Assembly: GCA_051313645.2 (NCBI GenBank)
Contig: JBNRSN020000009.1
Coordinates: 104,408,001-104,472,000 of the forward strand
DNA: 64,000 nucleotides
Source: Centroscyllium fabricii
Taxonomy: Eukaryota
Direction of reading: 5' to 3'
This document shows positions 11,180-24,703 of this stretch, piece by piece. Under the pieces are notes generated by a model. It was not told the origin of the DNA and made no database searches. It was given only the letters and a program-made list of their open reading frames with translations. Each line of letters starts with the position of its first letter. Position 1 is the first letter of the stretch. A program made the translations under genes and the position numbers.

Positions 11180-12765
11180 TTTTCAAAGAAGGGGTGAATG
11201 TGGTAACCGTTATATGTACTCTTATTACCACCTTAATATTGTTACCAATATTACTTGTATGTATAGCGGCCGAGTGCATGACACAACTGTCCTGTATTGC
11301 GACAGTGTCGCGGGGTCAGGTCAGCCACACCTCTAACTCCTCCCCTCAGGTGAGTGCCTTATAGGTGGGGACTGACCTGCCCCCATTCATTCTGTACCTG
11401 ATGTTCTATCGGAGCATAGCTCCTTTGTAAGCTAATAAAAGCCTATAGTTAAGGTAACTACGTGTCTTAGTTTTATTAGACTATTGACGATACGTCATCT
11501 ATGTCTATGTTTACAGTTGAATTTCACTGCTACGAAGTTATTCCAAAGCTTCAAACAGAACAAATTTTCCCTCCCTGTTGGCAGAAGCTCCAGTGTAGTC
11601 ATCACAGTAGCTTAAAGCTTGATCGGTTGAATCCCTGATACAAAGAACTTTGGCGGTCTCCAAGCGCTCGTAATAACAAGGTTTGATGCATACACATTAA
11701 TTCATTACTGTCAGTGGAACTGTGGTCCAAAAATCTTATCCCATGGACAGGTCCGTTGACCCACAAAGAACTAAAGCGCTAACAAAAAATGCCTGTAAGT
11801 AAAATCTCGACAGCCAGTGCGACTGGAGGACACGTGGCTCCTGCTGGGGTGTCTGATTGTTTTTATACTGCCCATCAGTCTGCTGCTTCTGACAGAATGG
11901 TAACACTGAGATTCAGAACCATATGCCGGCATGGAGTGAATGAAAGAAACCAAAGAGTTCTATATTTAGTTGCAAATAGAATCCAAGTGATTCCAACATT
12001 CAGGCCTTGTTTCCCAGTATAAATGAGCTGATTTTGTGCAATCCAACTTTTCAAAAACTGATAATTTTGATGGAATTAAGCAAGTCTCGTTGTGTACTTG
12101 TTGTGTTTTCAAAAGTGAGGACAACTCAGAAGTGACTTCTGACTGTTACGGTATAATATGAACATTTCTAGATGATCATTTACTTCTGCAAATGTCAGTA
12201 CAGGTTGTGCACCGATAATCCGTTACCCGATAAGCCGGCAGCTTCAGTCTTCCGGAACAAATTGCCCCGAATGTCCTGCGCATGCGCATGCGCATGTGCA
12301 AAATGGCTGCCGCGATCGATGCTTCGGGGAATGATCTGCGCATGCGCCGCCGAACGGCGAGCGCATGCGCAGATCATTCAAAACGGCCGCCGGAAGCTGG
12401 ACCAACCATTGCCTCCTCATTCGTGCGCTGCTGAATGGTATGGATCTGCCGCGCACGGCGGGTTCTGGGCGGCTGCAGCTGCACTGCAATACTTTTAATA
12501 CAATTACTTTTAATACTTTGTAAAAGTGTGAAGTGTGAGAGAAAGCATCTCGATCCACAGCCCACTCACAGGGGCAGGGTTAGTATGTTTAACAGTGGAC
12601 TGCGGTTTCAGCACAAGTGTGGTAACCCATTTATGTCGGTTCTACCACTGTACCATTATGGCTAATAGTGGGCTGTGCAGATGTTAGGCACAGCCCTGTA
12701 TACTGTGACACTGTTGGGAGCCAGGTCAGCCACACCTCCAACTCCTCCCCCAGGTGAGGCCCCGT

Positions 12766-12846
12766 TATAGGTGAGATCTGACCGAGGCGCCTTCATTCCT
12801 GTACTGTAGTTCGTTCCGGAGGGTAGCTCCGTTCTTAGCAATTAAA
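12766..12846 (+). promoter_or_regulatory. Predicted LTR promoter (TATA, Inr) and poly(A) signal of E2
   Basis: TATAGG at 12766, Inr-like TCATTCC with A at 12795 (~29 nt downstream), ATTAAA at 12841-12846. Similar layout in E4, E5 and the solo LTR. Confidence 0.6.
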
Positions 12847-12931
12847 AGCCTTTAGTTTCGGTAACTACTCGTCGACTCTTTTAATCGAAGGTATTGACGA
12901 TACGTCAATTTTAATTGCTAATTATTTCTAA

Positions 12932-15900
12932 ATGGAGAGCAGCGCAGTTAAACCTGAGAAGCTGGACATCAGTCCCCAGGAACCTGCCGCTGCCGCCACG
13001 TACGAACACTGATTCGGCCTCCTGGAGGCCTACATGGACGCCGCCAAGGCTACAACGGACAGGAACAAGCTGCATGTCCTACGATCGAAGATCTCCAGCA
13101 GGGTATTCACCCTCATCAGGAACGCCTCATCCTACGTATCGGCTGTACGAATTCTGAAAAAATGTTACGAGCGCCCGGTCCATTCGGTCTACGCCCGACA
13201 TGTGCTTGCGACCAGATCTCAGCTACCGGGTGAGTCCAATGAGCAGTTCGAGCAAGCGCTCCTGGCCCTGGTATGGGTCTGTGGCTGCAAAGGCACTACA
13301 GCTGAAGAGAAGGCAGAACTCCTCGTTCGGGACGCTTACGTTACAGGACTGAGGTGTGTGGAAGCCCGCCAGCGGCTACTAGAGAAAGACGATTTATCCC
13401 TCGAGGAGGCGACTAAGATAGCCAAATCAGTAGAGGGGGCCCGGAGCAAGTTACAGGCGTACAGCGGCACTAACCCGCAAGCCTACAACATATGGGCCAT
13501 GCCACAACAGGCCCAAGCCTGGGCGCAACGGGCCGAGGCCCCCACGATGGCCGCGACGGCCACTAAAGACACTAAAGACAAGCGCTGCTACTTCTGCAGC
13601 CAGGGACTGCACCCAAGAGCGAAATGCCCAGCCAGGACAGCGACCTGCGAGAAATGTGCGAAGAAGGGACACTACGCTAAGGCCTGCAGATCAGCTCCAG
13701 CAGCGCCCAACTCAAGGTACAACAGTGCAGCCTGTGAGAGCACCGACAGACACCAGGTAAGCTGCAATAGCAGCGCGATCCAGCGACGGTACGGGGGTAG
13801 ACAACAAGCGCCCCCATCCCCCACCCCGATGCGGCAAAGGCCGGCCAAGCGCGACCCCCCAACGCGGCCGGCTGCGTGCGAATCACGGGCACCGCCAACC
13901 CGACCAGCGCGGCCCGCTGCGTGCGAATCACGGGCACCGCCAACCCGATCACCGCGGTCCGCTGCGTGCGAATCACGGGCGCCGCCAGCGCGTCCACAGG
14001 GCCCCACCATGTGCGTCCCCTCGGAAACGCCATTTTGTACTCAGGGCCCCTCCATGTGCGAGCCAGGGGCGACGCCATCTTGTATCCAGGGCCCTTCCAT
14101 GTGCGCCACCATCTTGTATCCCGGGCCCCACCATGTGCGAGCCAGGGGCGCCACCATCTTCTGCGCAGCCCCGATCAGCAGGGGCTGCGGCAGCCAGAAT
14201 CAGAGTTAGCCAGGGCAGGCCCCATACTCTGTCTAACTCCATACTGCCGATTAACATTAATAACTACACTGTCGACTGCCTTTTCGACACAGGCAGCACT
14301 GAGAGTTTCGTTCACCCCGATACAGTGCGGCGCTGCGGGCTGCAGGTCCTGCCCACTAACTACCAAGTCTCCCTAGCTTCACAGTCCCACACCGCGGACG
14401 TCACCGGCTACTGCTCCGTCACGCTCACCGTCAAGGGGCGCGTGTACCGTAATTTTAAATTGTATACCCTCCAACAGTTGTGTGCCCCAGCCTTACTAGG
14501 TTTGGATTTCCAGTGCCACTTCAGGAGTGTGACAATGGAGTTCGGCGGGACTTTACCCCCCCTCACCGTCAGTAGCCGGGACAATCTCCCTCCAAAGCGG
14601 AGCCCGGCCTGCGGCCTCTCCACCCTGAAAATCGACCCCCCCTCGCTGTTCGCCAACCTCGATCCGAAGTGCAAACCCATTGCCACGAAGAGTCGGCGGT
14701 ACAGTGAGGGGGATCGCACGTTCATCAGGTCGGAGGTCGGGCGGATGCTAAAGGAGGGGATAATTGAAGCCAGCACCAGCCCCTGGCATGCCCAAGTTGT
14801 AGTGGTGAAGTCTGGCGAAAAACAGCGGCTGGTTATCGATTACAGCCAGACTATCAACCGCTACACCGGGCTCGACGCCTACCCCCTTCCCCGCATCTCG
14901 GAAATGGTCAATCAGATCGCCCAGTACAAGGTGTTCTCTACGATCGACCTTAAATCGGCGTATCACCAACTCCCGATTCGGAAAGCCGACCGCCCCTCCA
15001 CCGCCTTCGAGGCGAACGGTCGGCTCTACCACTTCCTCCGGGTCCCCTTTGGCGTGACCAACGGGGTGTCAGTGTTCCAACGAGAGATGGACCGTATGGT
15101 TGACCAAAACGACTTGCAGGCCACTTTCCCTTACCTGGACAACGTGACCATCTGCGGCCACGACCAGCAGGACCACGATGCCAATCTGGCCAAATTCCTC
15201 GCCACGGCGGACAAGCTGGACCTTACGTATAACAAGGACAAATGTGTCTTTAATACAGCCCGGCTCGCCATCCTCGGATACGTGGTGGAGAACGGGCTCC
15301 TCGGCCCCGACCCACAGCGTATGCGACCCCTGCAAGAACTGCCCCTACCTCACAACCCCAAAGCCTTGAGGAGATGCCTAGGACTTTTCTCCTATTATGC
15401 ACAATGGGTCCCACAGTTCGCGGATAAGGCTAGACCACTCCTCAAGGCTGCCGTCTTCCCCCTTTCTGTAGAAGCCCAAATGGCATTCGCAAGGATAAAG
15501 GAAGATATTATCAAGGCGACCATGCTCGCTGTTGATGAATCCATCCCTTTCCAGGTGGAGAGTGACGCTTCGGACTTTGCCCTTGCTGCCACCCTGAATC
15601 AGGCAGGCAGGCCCGTAGCATTTTTCTCCCGCACCTTACAGGGACCCGAAACTCGCCACTCAGCAGTGGAAAAGGAGGCCCAGGCCATCGTGGAGGCCGT
15701 GCGCTACTGGCGTCATTACCTGGCCGGTAAGTGTTTTACCCTGCTCACCGACCAACGGTCGGTGGCGTTTATGTTCAACAATAAACTACGGGGTAAAATC
15801 AAGAATGATAAGATCCTGCGGTGGCGGATCGAACTCTCGACTTACGAGTATGACATTCTTTACCGCCCAGGCAAACTCAACGAACCCCCGGACGCACTGT

Positions 15901-17129
15901 CCAGGGGAACGTGCGCCAGTGCCCAGCTCGACCGGCTGAAGGACCTCCACGACCGCCTTTGCCACCCGGGTGTCACCAGACTCGCCCACTTCGTCAAATC
16001 CCGTAGCCTCCCCTACTCCATCACGGAGATCAAGGCTATGACCTGAGAGTGCCCTGTCTGCGCCGAGTGCAAACCCCACTTTTTCCGGCCAGACACGGCG
16101 CACCTCATTAAGGCCACCCGCCCCTTTGAACGTCTCAGCATGGACTTCAAAGGCCCCCTCCCCTCCACCGACCGCAACTCATACTTCCTCACGGTAGTGG
16201 ATGAGTTCTCCCGCTTCCCCTTCGCCTTCCCCTGCCCAGACATGACGAGCGCAACGGTGATCAAACACTTCACCATGCTGTTCGCCATCTTTGGTCTCCC
16301 CAGCTACATCCATAGCGACCGGGGGTCATCGTTCATGAGCGATGAACTGCGCCAGTTTCTGCTCCAGAGAGGGGTTGCCACGAGCAGAACGACCAGTTAT
16401 AACCCCCGGGGGAACGGCCAGGTAGAAAGGGAGAATGGGATCATTTGGAAGGCGGTCACCCTGGCTCTCAAGTCCAGAGGCCTTCCAGTGTCCCATTGGC
16501 AGGCAGTCCTCCAAGACGCGCTGCACTCTATACGCTCTCTATTATGTACTGCCACTAACGCCACCCCGCACGATTTGATTTTCTCTTTCAACAGGAGGTC
16601 GACTTCGGGGACAGCTCTTCCTCCATGGCTGACGACTCCGGGGCCGGTTTTGCTTAGAAGGCATGTCCGGAGCCACAAGACGGACCCCCTGGTGGACAAG
16701 GTACAGCTCCTACACGCAAACCCGCACTACGCCTTTGTGCAGTTCCCGGACGGGCGTGAGGACACCGTGTCCATCAGGGACCTGGCTCCCGCAGGAAGCA
16801 CCACCACAGTGCCCCCGGCCGGCCAGCAGGCCGATCAACCACCAGACACACGATGGCCCCTGAGTTTCCCCGACTACGACCCGGACGGCGGGGACCAGCC
16901 GAGCCCACCGCCACCTGAAGCCACAACGCCGGCGGATGCGGGCGATTCGACCCAGGAGGCACCACCACCAACACCGGAGCGCCGGCGGTCCTCCAGGCAG
17001 ACACGACCGCCGGACAGACTTATTGTGAACTGTTCTACCGAATCACCCCCCCCCGAATCAAAGTTTTTAAGAAGGGGTGAATGTGGTAACCCGTTTATGT
17101 CTGTTCTACCACTGTATCATTATGGCTAA
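12932..17129 (+). pseudogene. E2 gag-pol
   Basis: ATG at 12932, stop ~13010, frameshift in the repeat ~14105, stop at 16044. PR, RT, RNase H and IN motifs as in E1. Confidence 0.92.
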
Positions 17130-19844
17130 TAATGGGCTGTGCAGATGTTAGGCACAGCCCTGTATACTGTGACACTGTTGGGAGCCAGGTCAGCCACACC
17201 TCCAACTCCTCCCCCAGGTGAGGCCCGTTATAGGTGAGATCTGACCGAGGCTCCTTCATTCCTGTACTGAAGTTCGTTCCGGAGGGTAGCTCCATTCTTA
17301 GCAATTAAAAGCCTTTAGTTTCGGTAACTACTCGTCGACTCTTTTAATCGAAGGTATTGACGATACGTCAACAAGCAGCTGAGCCTCTTGACTGAGGCGG
17401 ACAGTCACCAGGCTGCAGCTGTCAGTCCGTGTCCGGGCTCCCGTCACAAACTGGCTCGGCGGCAGCAGCAACCCCAAAGGCGATGGCGAGGGAAGGCGGA
17501 CCTACTGGGCCCGACCCGCGCCCGCACAACCCTCCTTCCCCCCCTGCAAGACCGGCCTTTCACTGCTGCCTGACAGCCCTAAAAGCTCAACGGAATGCCA
17601 CGAAAGCCTGAGCCTGTAGGCTGACCAGTCCAAAAACTTCATGGCGGCCATTACTGCATGATCTGCGCATGCGCTCGCTGTACGGCAGCTGTGGTAAACC
17701 ACTCTTCTATGTATTATATGTATATCTATCCACTCTGTCTTGTATATGTATTGTTGTAATCGTACTATTCACCATGTTGTATCATAGTTCATTGTATACG
17801 ATTACCTGGACATGCCCATGCTGGCTCCGCCTGCGACTCCTCCCTCCCGGGGCCAGGTACATAAGCGGCCGTCTCCCATCCCCCTGCCATTCCTGGGGAC
17901 GGTCGACTAGCTGGTGCATGTCCACCTTTAGTGAATAAAAGCCGAATTGTTTTACCCTCTTAACTAATCGTCCACGAGGTCGTTATTTCGGTCACAATTT
18001 TATTCACTAAATTTGACGATGGAAGCAATGCTCAAGCCAGCAACGTTCGAGCTGGACCCCCGGACACCAGGTGCATCAAATACGTTTACGCACTGGTTTG
18101 ACTGCTTTGATGCATTCATCAAGGCGAACGCAGCGGTCGTCAGGACCGAAGAAGACAAACGGCGTCTCCTCAACGCCCGGGTGGGCCCTCAGGTATACTC
18201 CAGAATCGTAGATGCACCATCGTACTCGGATGCAATCGGGATCCTCAAGGCGGAGTACAACCGGGCACCCAACATCGTCCACGCCAGACACCTCTTGGCT
18301 ACCAGAAAACAGCAACCCGGTGAGTCCAGCGTGGAATTCCTACGTGCGCTGAGACTAATTTCCCGGGCCTGTGACTGTAAACAGCAATCGGCCCAGGTCC
18401 ACGCGGACAACCTAATCAGGGACGCGTATGTGACGGGCCTCAGGTCGGACTATATTAAACAAAGGCTGTTAGAGCAGAACGGCCTTGACCTGCAGGCAAC
18501 GGCGACTTGGGCAATGCGCTTCATGCGGCATCGCTGAATTTATCCTCATATTCTGGAAACTACGCGGGCCCAGCCCCAACAAATTGGACATCGCCGGCGC
18601 CACGGCCGGCGGAAGAAATAACTGCAGCCACTCGCTCTAAGACGGCCAAATACTACTTCTGCGGGCAGTCTCAGCATCCGAGACGGAGCTGCCCGGCAAG
18701 AGACGAGGCCTGCTCGAAATGCGGCAAAAAGGGACACTATGCCAAAGTCTGCAGAGCAACTGCAGCGCCGCAACCGAAACCGGGCAGTGGCGCGTGTGGG
18801 ACGTGGGGGCAGCCATCTTGGACACAGCCATCTTCAACACAGCCCACCGCATGGCAGCAGACGCCATCTTGGTCTCAGCCACCCCCTCCGCAGTACACCA
18901 CATGGCGGCAGCCATCTTGGGGCCAGGCCCCAGACGACTTCTCTGCGGATAAAGACGACTCGACCGATCCGGTATTAGCTTCAGTCACGCTGGATCAAAA
19001 CAAGGCACAACCACTTGGGAAGTCAATGATGACGGTGGAAGTGAACGGACAAGACGTTGAGTGCCTCTTCGACAGCGGGAGCACGGTGAGTTTTGTCCAC
19101 CCAGAAACAGTAAGGCGCCTCTCCCTTAAGGTTATGCCAGCGAGCCAAAAGATATCCATGGCATCAAAGTCAGAATCCGCGGATGTCTCCGGACGTTGCA
19201 CGGTGGCCCTAACAGTACGGGGCGTGCACTTTAATCATTTTTAATTTTTCGTGCTGCCGCAGCTCTGCGCTCCATTATTATTGGGCCTAGACTTCCAGTG
19301 CCATCTCCAAAGCATTACCATGGCGTACGGTGGGCCCCTTCCCCCGCTCACGGTCTGCAACCGGCGCTCCTCGCAGCATCCACAGCACGCTACCTGTGGC
19401 CTCTTGACCCTTAAAGTCGCCCCTCCCTCGCTCTTTGCTAACCTCACCCCGGACTGCAAGCCCGTCGCCACCAAAAGTAGGCGCTACAGTGCCGGGGACA
19501 TGGACTTCATCAAGTCCGAGGTGAAGCGCCTCCTGAGAGAGGGGGTTATCGAGGCCAGTAACAGCCCCTGGAGGGCGCAGGTAGTGGTGGTAAAGACCGG
19601 AGCTAAGAACCGGATGGTAGTGGACGATAGCCAGACCATTAACCGGTTCACCCAGTTAGACGCGTACCCCCTTCCCCGGATAGCGGACATGGTAAATCAG
19701 ATCTCACAGTTTCGGGTGTTCTCAACTATAGATCTGAAGTCCGCGTATCACCAGCTCCCCATTTGCCCAGAGGACCGTCTCTATACTGCCTTCGAGGCTG
19801 ACGGTCGCCTCTATCACTTCCTCAGGGTCCCGTTTGGCGTCACG

Positions 19845-22800
19845 TGTGGTAACCCATAATGTTATGTTGTACCACTGTATTCTTGTTGCCAATAATTGGC
19901 AGTGTATGTGTGATACACAGCCCTGTAACACTGTCGGGAGCCAGGTCAGCCACACCTCTAACTCCTCCCCCAGATGAGGCCTTTATAGGTGGAGACTGAC
20001 TGAGGCTCCCTCATTCCTGTTCAGATGTTCATTCGGAGGGTAGCTCCTAAGTAAGTGATTAAAAGCCTATAGTTACGGTAACTACTCGTTGAGTCTTTTA
20101 CTCTGAGATATTGACGATACGTCAATTTTAATCACTTAAAGTTTTCAAATGGAGAGCGGTGCAGTTGAGCCAGAAAAGCTGGATATCAGTCCACAGGACC
20201 CTGCCGCCGCCACCACGTTCAAACACTGTTTCGGTCTCCTGGAGGCCTACATGGACGCCGCCAAGGCTACAACCGACGGGAAGCTGCAGGTTCTCCGGTC
20301 CAGGATCTCCAGCCGAGTATTCTCCCTCATCCGAGACGCCAAAACCTACCCAGGGGCAGTGGAAAAGCTGAGGAAATGCTACGAGCGCCCGGTCCATTCG
20401 GTCTACACCAGACATGTGCTCGCGACCAGACCACAGCTACCGGGTGAGACTAATGAACAATTTGAGCAAGCGCTCCAGTCCCTGGTACGGGTCTGCGGCT
20501 GCCAAGCCCGGACAGCAGAAGAGGAGGCCAACCTCCTCGTTCGAGACGCGTATGTAACTGGCCTAAGGTGCGTGGAAGCCCGCCAGCGGCTGCTCGAAAA
20601 AGACACTTTGTCTCTCGAAGACGTGATTGCTATAGCTAACTCCGTTGAAGGAGCACGCAATAAGCTGCAGGCGTACAGCGGCACAAACCCGCAGGCCTAC
20701 GACATGTGGGCCGCGCCACAACGGACCCAGGCCTGGGCAGCACCACAACGGGTCGAGACCCCCATGATGGCTGCGACAGCCACAAAAGACAAACGCTGCT
20801 ACTTCTGCGGCCAGGGACTGCACCCGAGAGCGAGATGCCCAGCAAGGACCGCGACCTGTGAGCGGTGCACCAAAAAGGGACATTACGCAAAGGCTTGCAG
20901 ATCAGCACCAACAGCGCCCAACTCCAGGTACAACAGCGCAGCCTGTGAAAGCTCCGACAGACCTCAGGTAAGCTGCAATAGCAGCGCGATCCAGCGACGG
21001 TCCGGGGGTAGAAGGAAAGCGCCCCCATCTCCCACCCCAAGCGCGACCCCCCAACGCCAGCAGCAGACCCAACGCGGCCGGCTGCGTGTGAATCACGGGC
21101 ACCGCCAACCCGACCACCGCGGCTCGCTGCGTGCGAACCACGGGCACCGCCAACCCAGTCACCGCGGCCCGCTGCGTGCGAACCACGGGCGCCACCAGCG
21201 CGCTCACAGCGGTCAGCCGCGTGCGAACCACGGGCGCTGCCATCTCGCCCCCAGTGGCCCACCATGTGCGACCCCCCGGCGCCGCCATCTGGTCCCCAGC
21301 GGCCCGCCATGTGCGACCCCTCGGCGCCGGCATTTTGTCTCCAGGGCCCCACCATGTGCGAGCCAGGGGCGCCGCCATTTTGTCTCCAGGGCCCCACCAT
21401 GTGCGAGCCAGGGGCGCCGCCATTTTGTGTACAGCCCCAACCAGCAGGGGGCCCACACACACAAAAGCACACGTCGGCTTCAGCCATACCCAGAGTGGAC
21501 CAGGACAGGCCACACACTCTGTCTAACTCAATAATGCCCATCAACATAAACGGCCATACTACTAATTGCCTATTTGACACTGGAAGCACGGAGAGCTTTG
21601 TGCACCCTGATACAGTGCAGCGCTGCGTACTGCAGATCCTGCCCACAAACTACCAAGTCTCCCTTGCTTCAAAGTACCAAACCGCGGACGTCACCGGCTA
21701 CTGCTCCGTCACGCTCACAGTCAAGGGGTGCGTGTACCGTAATTTTAAATTGTACACCCTCCAGCAGTTGTGTGCCCCAGCTTTACTAGGTCTGGATTTC
21801 CAGTGCCACCTCAAGAGCGTGACAATGGAGTTCGGCGGGACCTTGCCCCCCCTCACCGTCAGTAGCCGGGACAGTCCCTTCCCAAAGCGGAGCCCAGCCT
21901 GCGGCCTCTCCACCCTGAAAATCGACCCCCCCTCACTGTTCGCCAACCTCGACCCCAAGTGCAAACCTATTGCTACCAAGAGTCGGCGGTACAGTGTGGG
22001 GGATCGCACGTTTATCAGGTCGGAGGTCGGGCGTATGCTGAAGGAGGGGATAATTGAAGCCAGCTCCAGCCCCTGGGGTGCCAAGGTTGTAGTGGTAAAG
22101 TCTGGCGAGAAACAACGGCTGGTGATCGATTACAGCCAGACCATCAACCGCTACACCGGGCTCGACGCCTACCCCCTCCCCCGCATCTCGGAAATGGTCA
22201 ATCAGATCGCCCAGTATAAGGTGTTCTCCACGATCGACCTTAAGTCGGCGTATCACCAACTCCCGATCCGGAAAGCCGACCGCCCCTACACCGCCTTCGA
22301 GGCGAACGGTCGGCTCTACCACTTCCTCCGGTCCCCTTCGGCGTGACCAACGGAGTGTCAGTGTTCCAGCGGGAGATGGACCGCATGGTTGACCAGAACG
22401 AGTTGCGGGCCACTTTCCCTTACCTGGACAACGTGACCATCTGCGGCCACGACCAGCAGGACCACGATGCCAATCTGGCCCAATTTCTTGACACGGCGGA
22501 TAAGCTGGACCTCACGTATAACAAAGACAAATGTGTCTTTAATACAGACCGGCTCGCCATCCTCGGATACGTGGTGGAGAACGGGGTCCTCGGCCCCGAC
22601 CCACAGCGTATGCGCCCCCTTCAAGAACTGCCCCTACCTCACAACCCCAAAGCCTTGAGGAGACGCCTAGGATTTTTCTCCTATTACGCACAATGGGTCC
22701 CACAGTTCGCGGACAAGGCTAGACCGCTCCTCAAGGCTGCCGTTTTCCACCTTTCGGTAGAAGCCCAAATGGCATTCGCCCGGATAAAGGAAGACATCAT

Positions 22801-24703
22801 CAAGGCGACCATGCTCGCTGTTGATGAATCCATTCCCTTCCAGGTGGAGAGCGACGCTTCGGACTTCGCCCTTGCTGCCACCCTGAATCAGGCAGGCAGG
22901 CCCGTAGCGGTTTTCTCCCGCACCCTACAGGGACCCGAAACTCGCCACTCAGCAGTGGAAAAGGAGGCCCAGGCCATCGTGGAGGCCGTGCGCTACTGGC
23001 GTCATTACCTGGCCGGTAAGCGTTTTACCCTGCTCACCGACCAACGGTCGGTGGCGTTTATGTTTAATAATAAACAGAAGGGTAAGATCAAGAATGATAA
23101 GATCCTGCGGTGGCGGATCGAACTCTCGACTTACGAGTATGACATTCTTTACCGACCAGGTAAACTCAATGAACCCCCGGACGCACTGTCCAGGGGAACG
23201 TGCGCCAGTGCCCAGCTGGACCGGCTGAAGGACCTCCATGACCGCCTCTGCCACCCAGGTGTCACCAGACTCGCCCACTTCGTTAGATCCCGTAGCCTCC
23301 CCTACTCCATCACGGAGATCAAGGCTATGACCCGAGAGTGCCCTGTTTGCGCCGAGTGCAAACCCCAATTTTTCCGGCCAGACACGGTGCACCTCATCAA
23401 GGCCACCCGCACCTTTGAACGTCTCAGTGTGGACTTCAAAGGCCCCCTCCCCACCACCGACCGCAACTCATACTTCCTCACGGTCGTAGATGAGTTCTCC
23501 CGCTTCCCCTTCGCTTTTCTCTGCGCAGATATGACGAGCGCAACGGTGATAAAACACTTCACCACGCTGTTCACCATCGTCGGTCTCCCCAGCTACATCC
23601 ATAGCGACCGGGGGTCATCGTTCATGAGCGATGAACTGCGTCAGTTTCTGCTCCAGAAAGGGGTTGCCACGAGCAGAATGACCAGTTACAACCCCCGGGG
23701 GAACGGCCAGGTAGAAAGGGAGAATGGGATCATCTGGAAGGCGGTCACCCTGGCTTTGAAGTCCAGAGGCCTTCCAGTGGCCCATTGGCAGGCAGTCCTC
23801 CCAGACGCGCTGCATTCTATACGCTCTCTCTTATGTATGGCCACTAACGCCACTCCTCATGATTTGATTTTTGCTTTTCCCAGGAAGTCGACTTCGGGGA
23901 CAGCTCTTCCTCCATGGCTCACGACACCGGGGCCGGTCTTCCTTAGAAGACACGTCCGTGGCCACAAGACCGACCCCCTGGTGGACAAGGTGCAGCTCCT
24001 GCATGCGAACCCGCAATACGCATTCGTACAGTTCCCGGACGGGCGTGAGGACACCGTATCTATCAGGGACCTGGCGCCCGCAAGAAGCACCACAGCAGAG
24101 CCCCTGGTCGGCCAGCAGGCCGCTCAGCCACAGTATCCAGAACAACCCCGACACCTACGATGGCCTCCGAGGTTTCCAGAGCCGCAGCAGTGGCCAGCCC
24201 AGGACCACCACTCCGATAGCTCGGACCAGCTGAGACCATCACCACCCGAAACCATGGCACCAGGGCAACTGTCACCACCAGCGGACTCGAGCAGCACGGA
24301 CCATGAAGGACCATCACCGGAACTGCGGCGGTCCTCCAGGCTGGCACGACCGCCGGATAGGCTGATATTGAACTGCTCGGTCCATTCACCCCCCCGGAAT
24401 TAAAATTTTCAAGAAGGGGTGAATGTGGTAACCCATAATGTTATGTTGTACCACTGTATTCTTGTTGACAATAATTGGCTGTGTATGTGTGATACACAGC
24501 CCTGTAACACTGTCGGGAGCCAGGTCAGCCACACCTCTAACTCCTCCCCCAGGTGAGGCCTTTATAGGTGGAGACTGACTGAGGCTCCCTCATTCCTGTT
24601 CAGATGTTCGTTCGGAGGGTAGCTCCTAAGTAAGTGATTAAAAGCCTATAGTTACGGTAACTACTCGCTGAGTCTTTTACTCTGAGATATTGACGATACG
24701 TCA
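19845..24703 (+). mobile_element. Ty3/Gypsy LTR retrotransposon E4 (Mag-like), nested in E3
   Basis: 280-bp LTRs 19845-20124 and 24424-24703. TSD TCACG at 19840-19844 and 24704-24708. Confidence 0.96.
20149..24403 (+). pseudogene. E4 gag-pol
   Basis: Frameshifts near 21040 and 22335. Open RT-RNase H-IN segment 22343-24403. Confidence 0.92.

Larger units (their letters stand above)
6535..11497 (+). mobile_element. Ty3/Gypsy LTR retrotransposon E1 (Mag-like), full length, defective
   Basis: LTRs 6535-6816 and 11199-11497. TSD TCTAT at 6530-6534 and 11498-11502. PPT AAAGAAGGGGTGAA before the 3' LTR. Confidence 0.96.
12618..17370 (+). mobile_element. Ty3/Gypsy LTR retrotransposon E2 (Mag-like), full length, defective
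   Basis: LTRs 12618-12907 and 17082-17370 (TG...CA). TSD ACAAG. PPT 17069-17081. Confidence 0.96.

Noticed and set aside
11348-11364. The segment deleted from the E1 5' LTR looks like a GTGAGT...AG micro-intron
   Set aside because: The deletion is 17 bp, not the 15-bp GT-AG unit. It is too short for an intron, and a spliced template would alter both LTRs.
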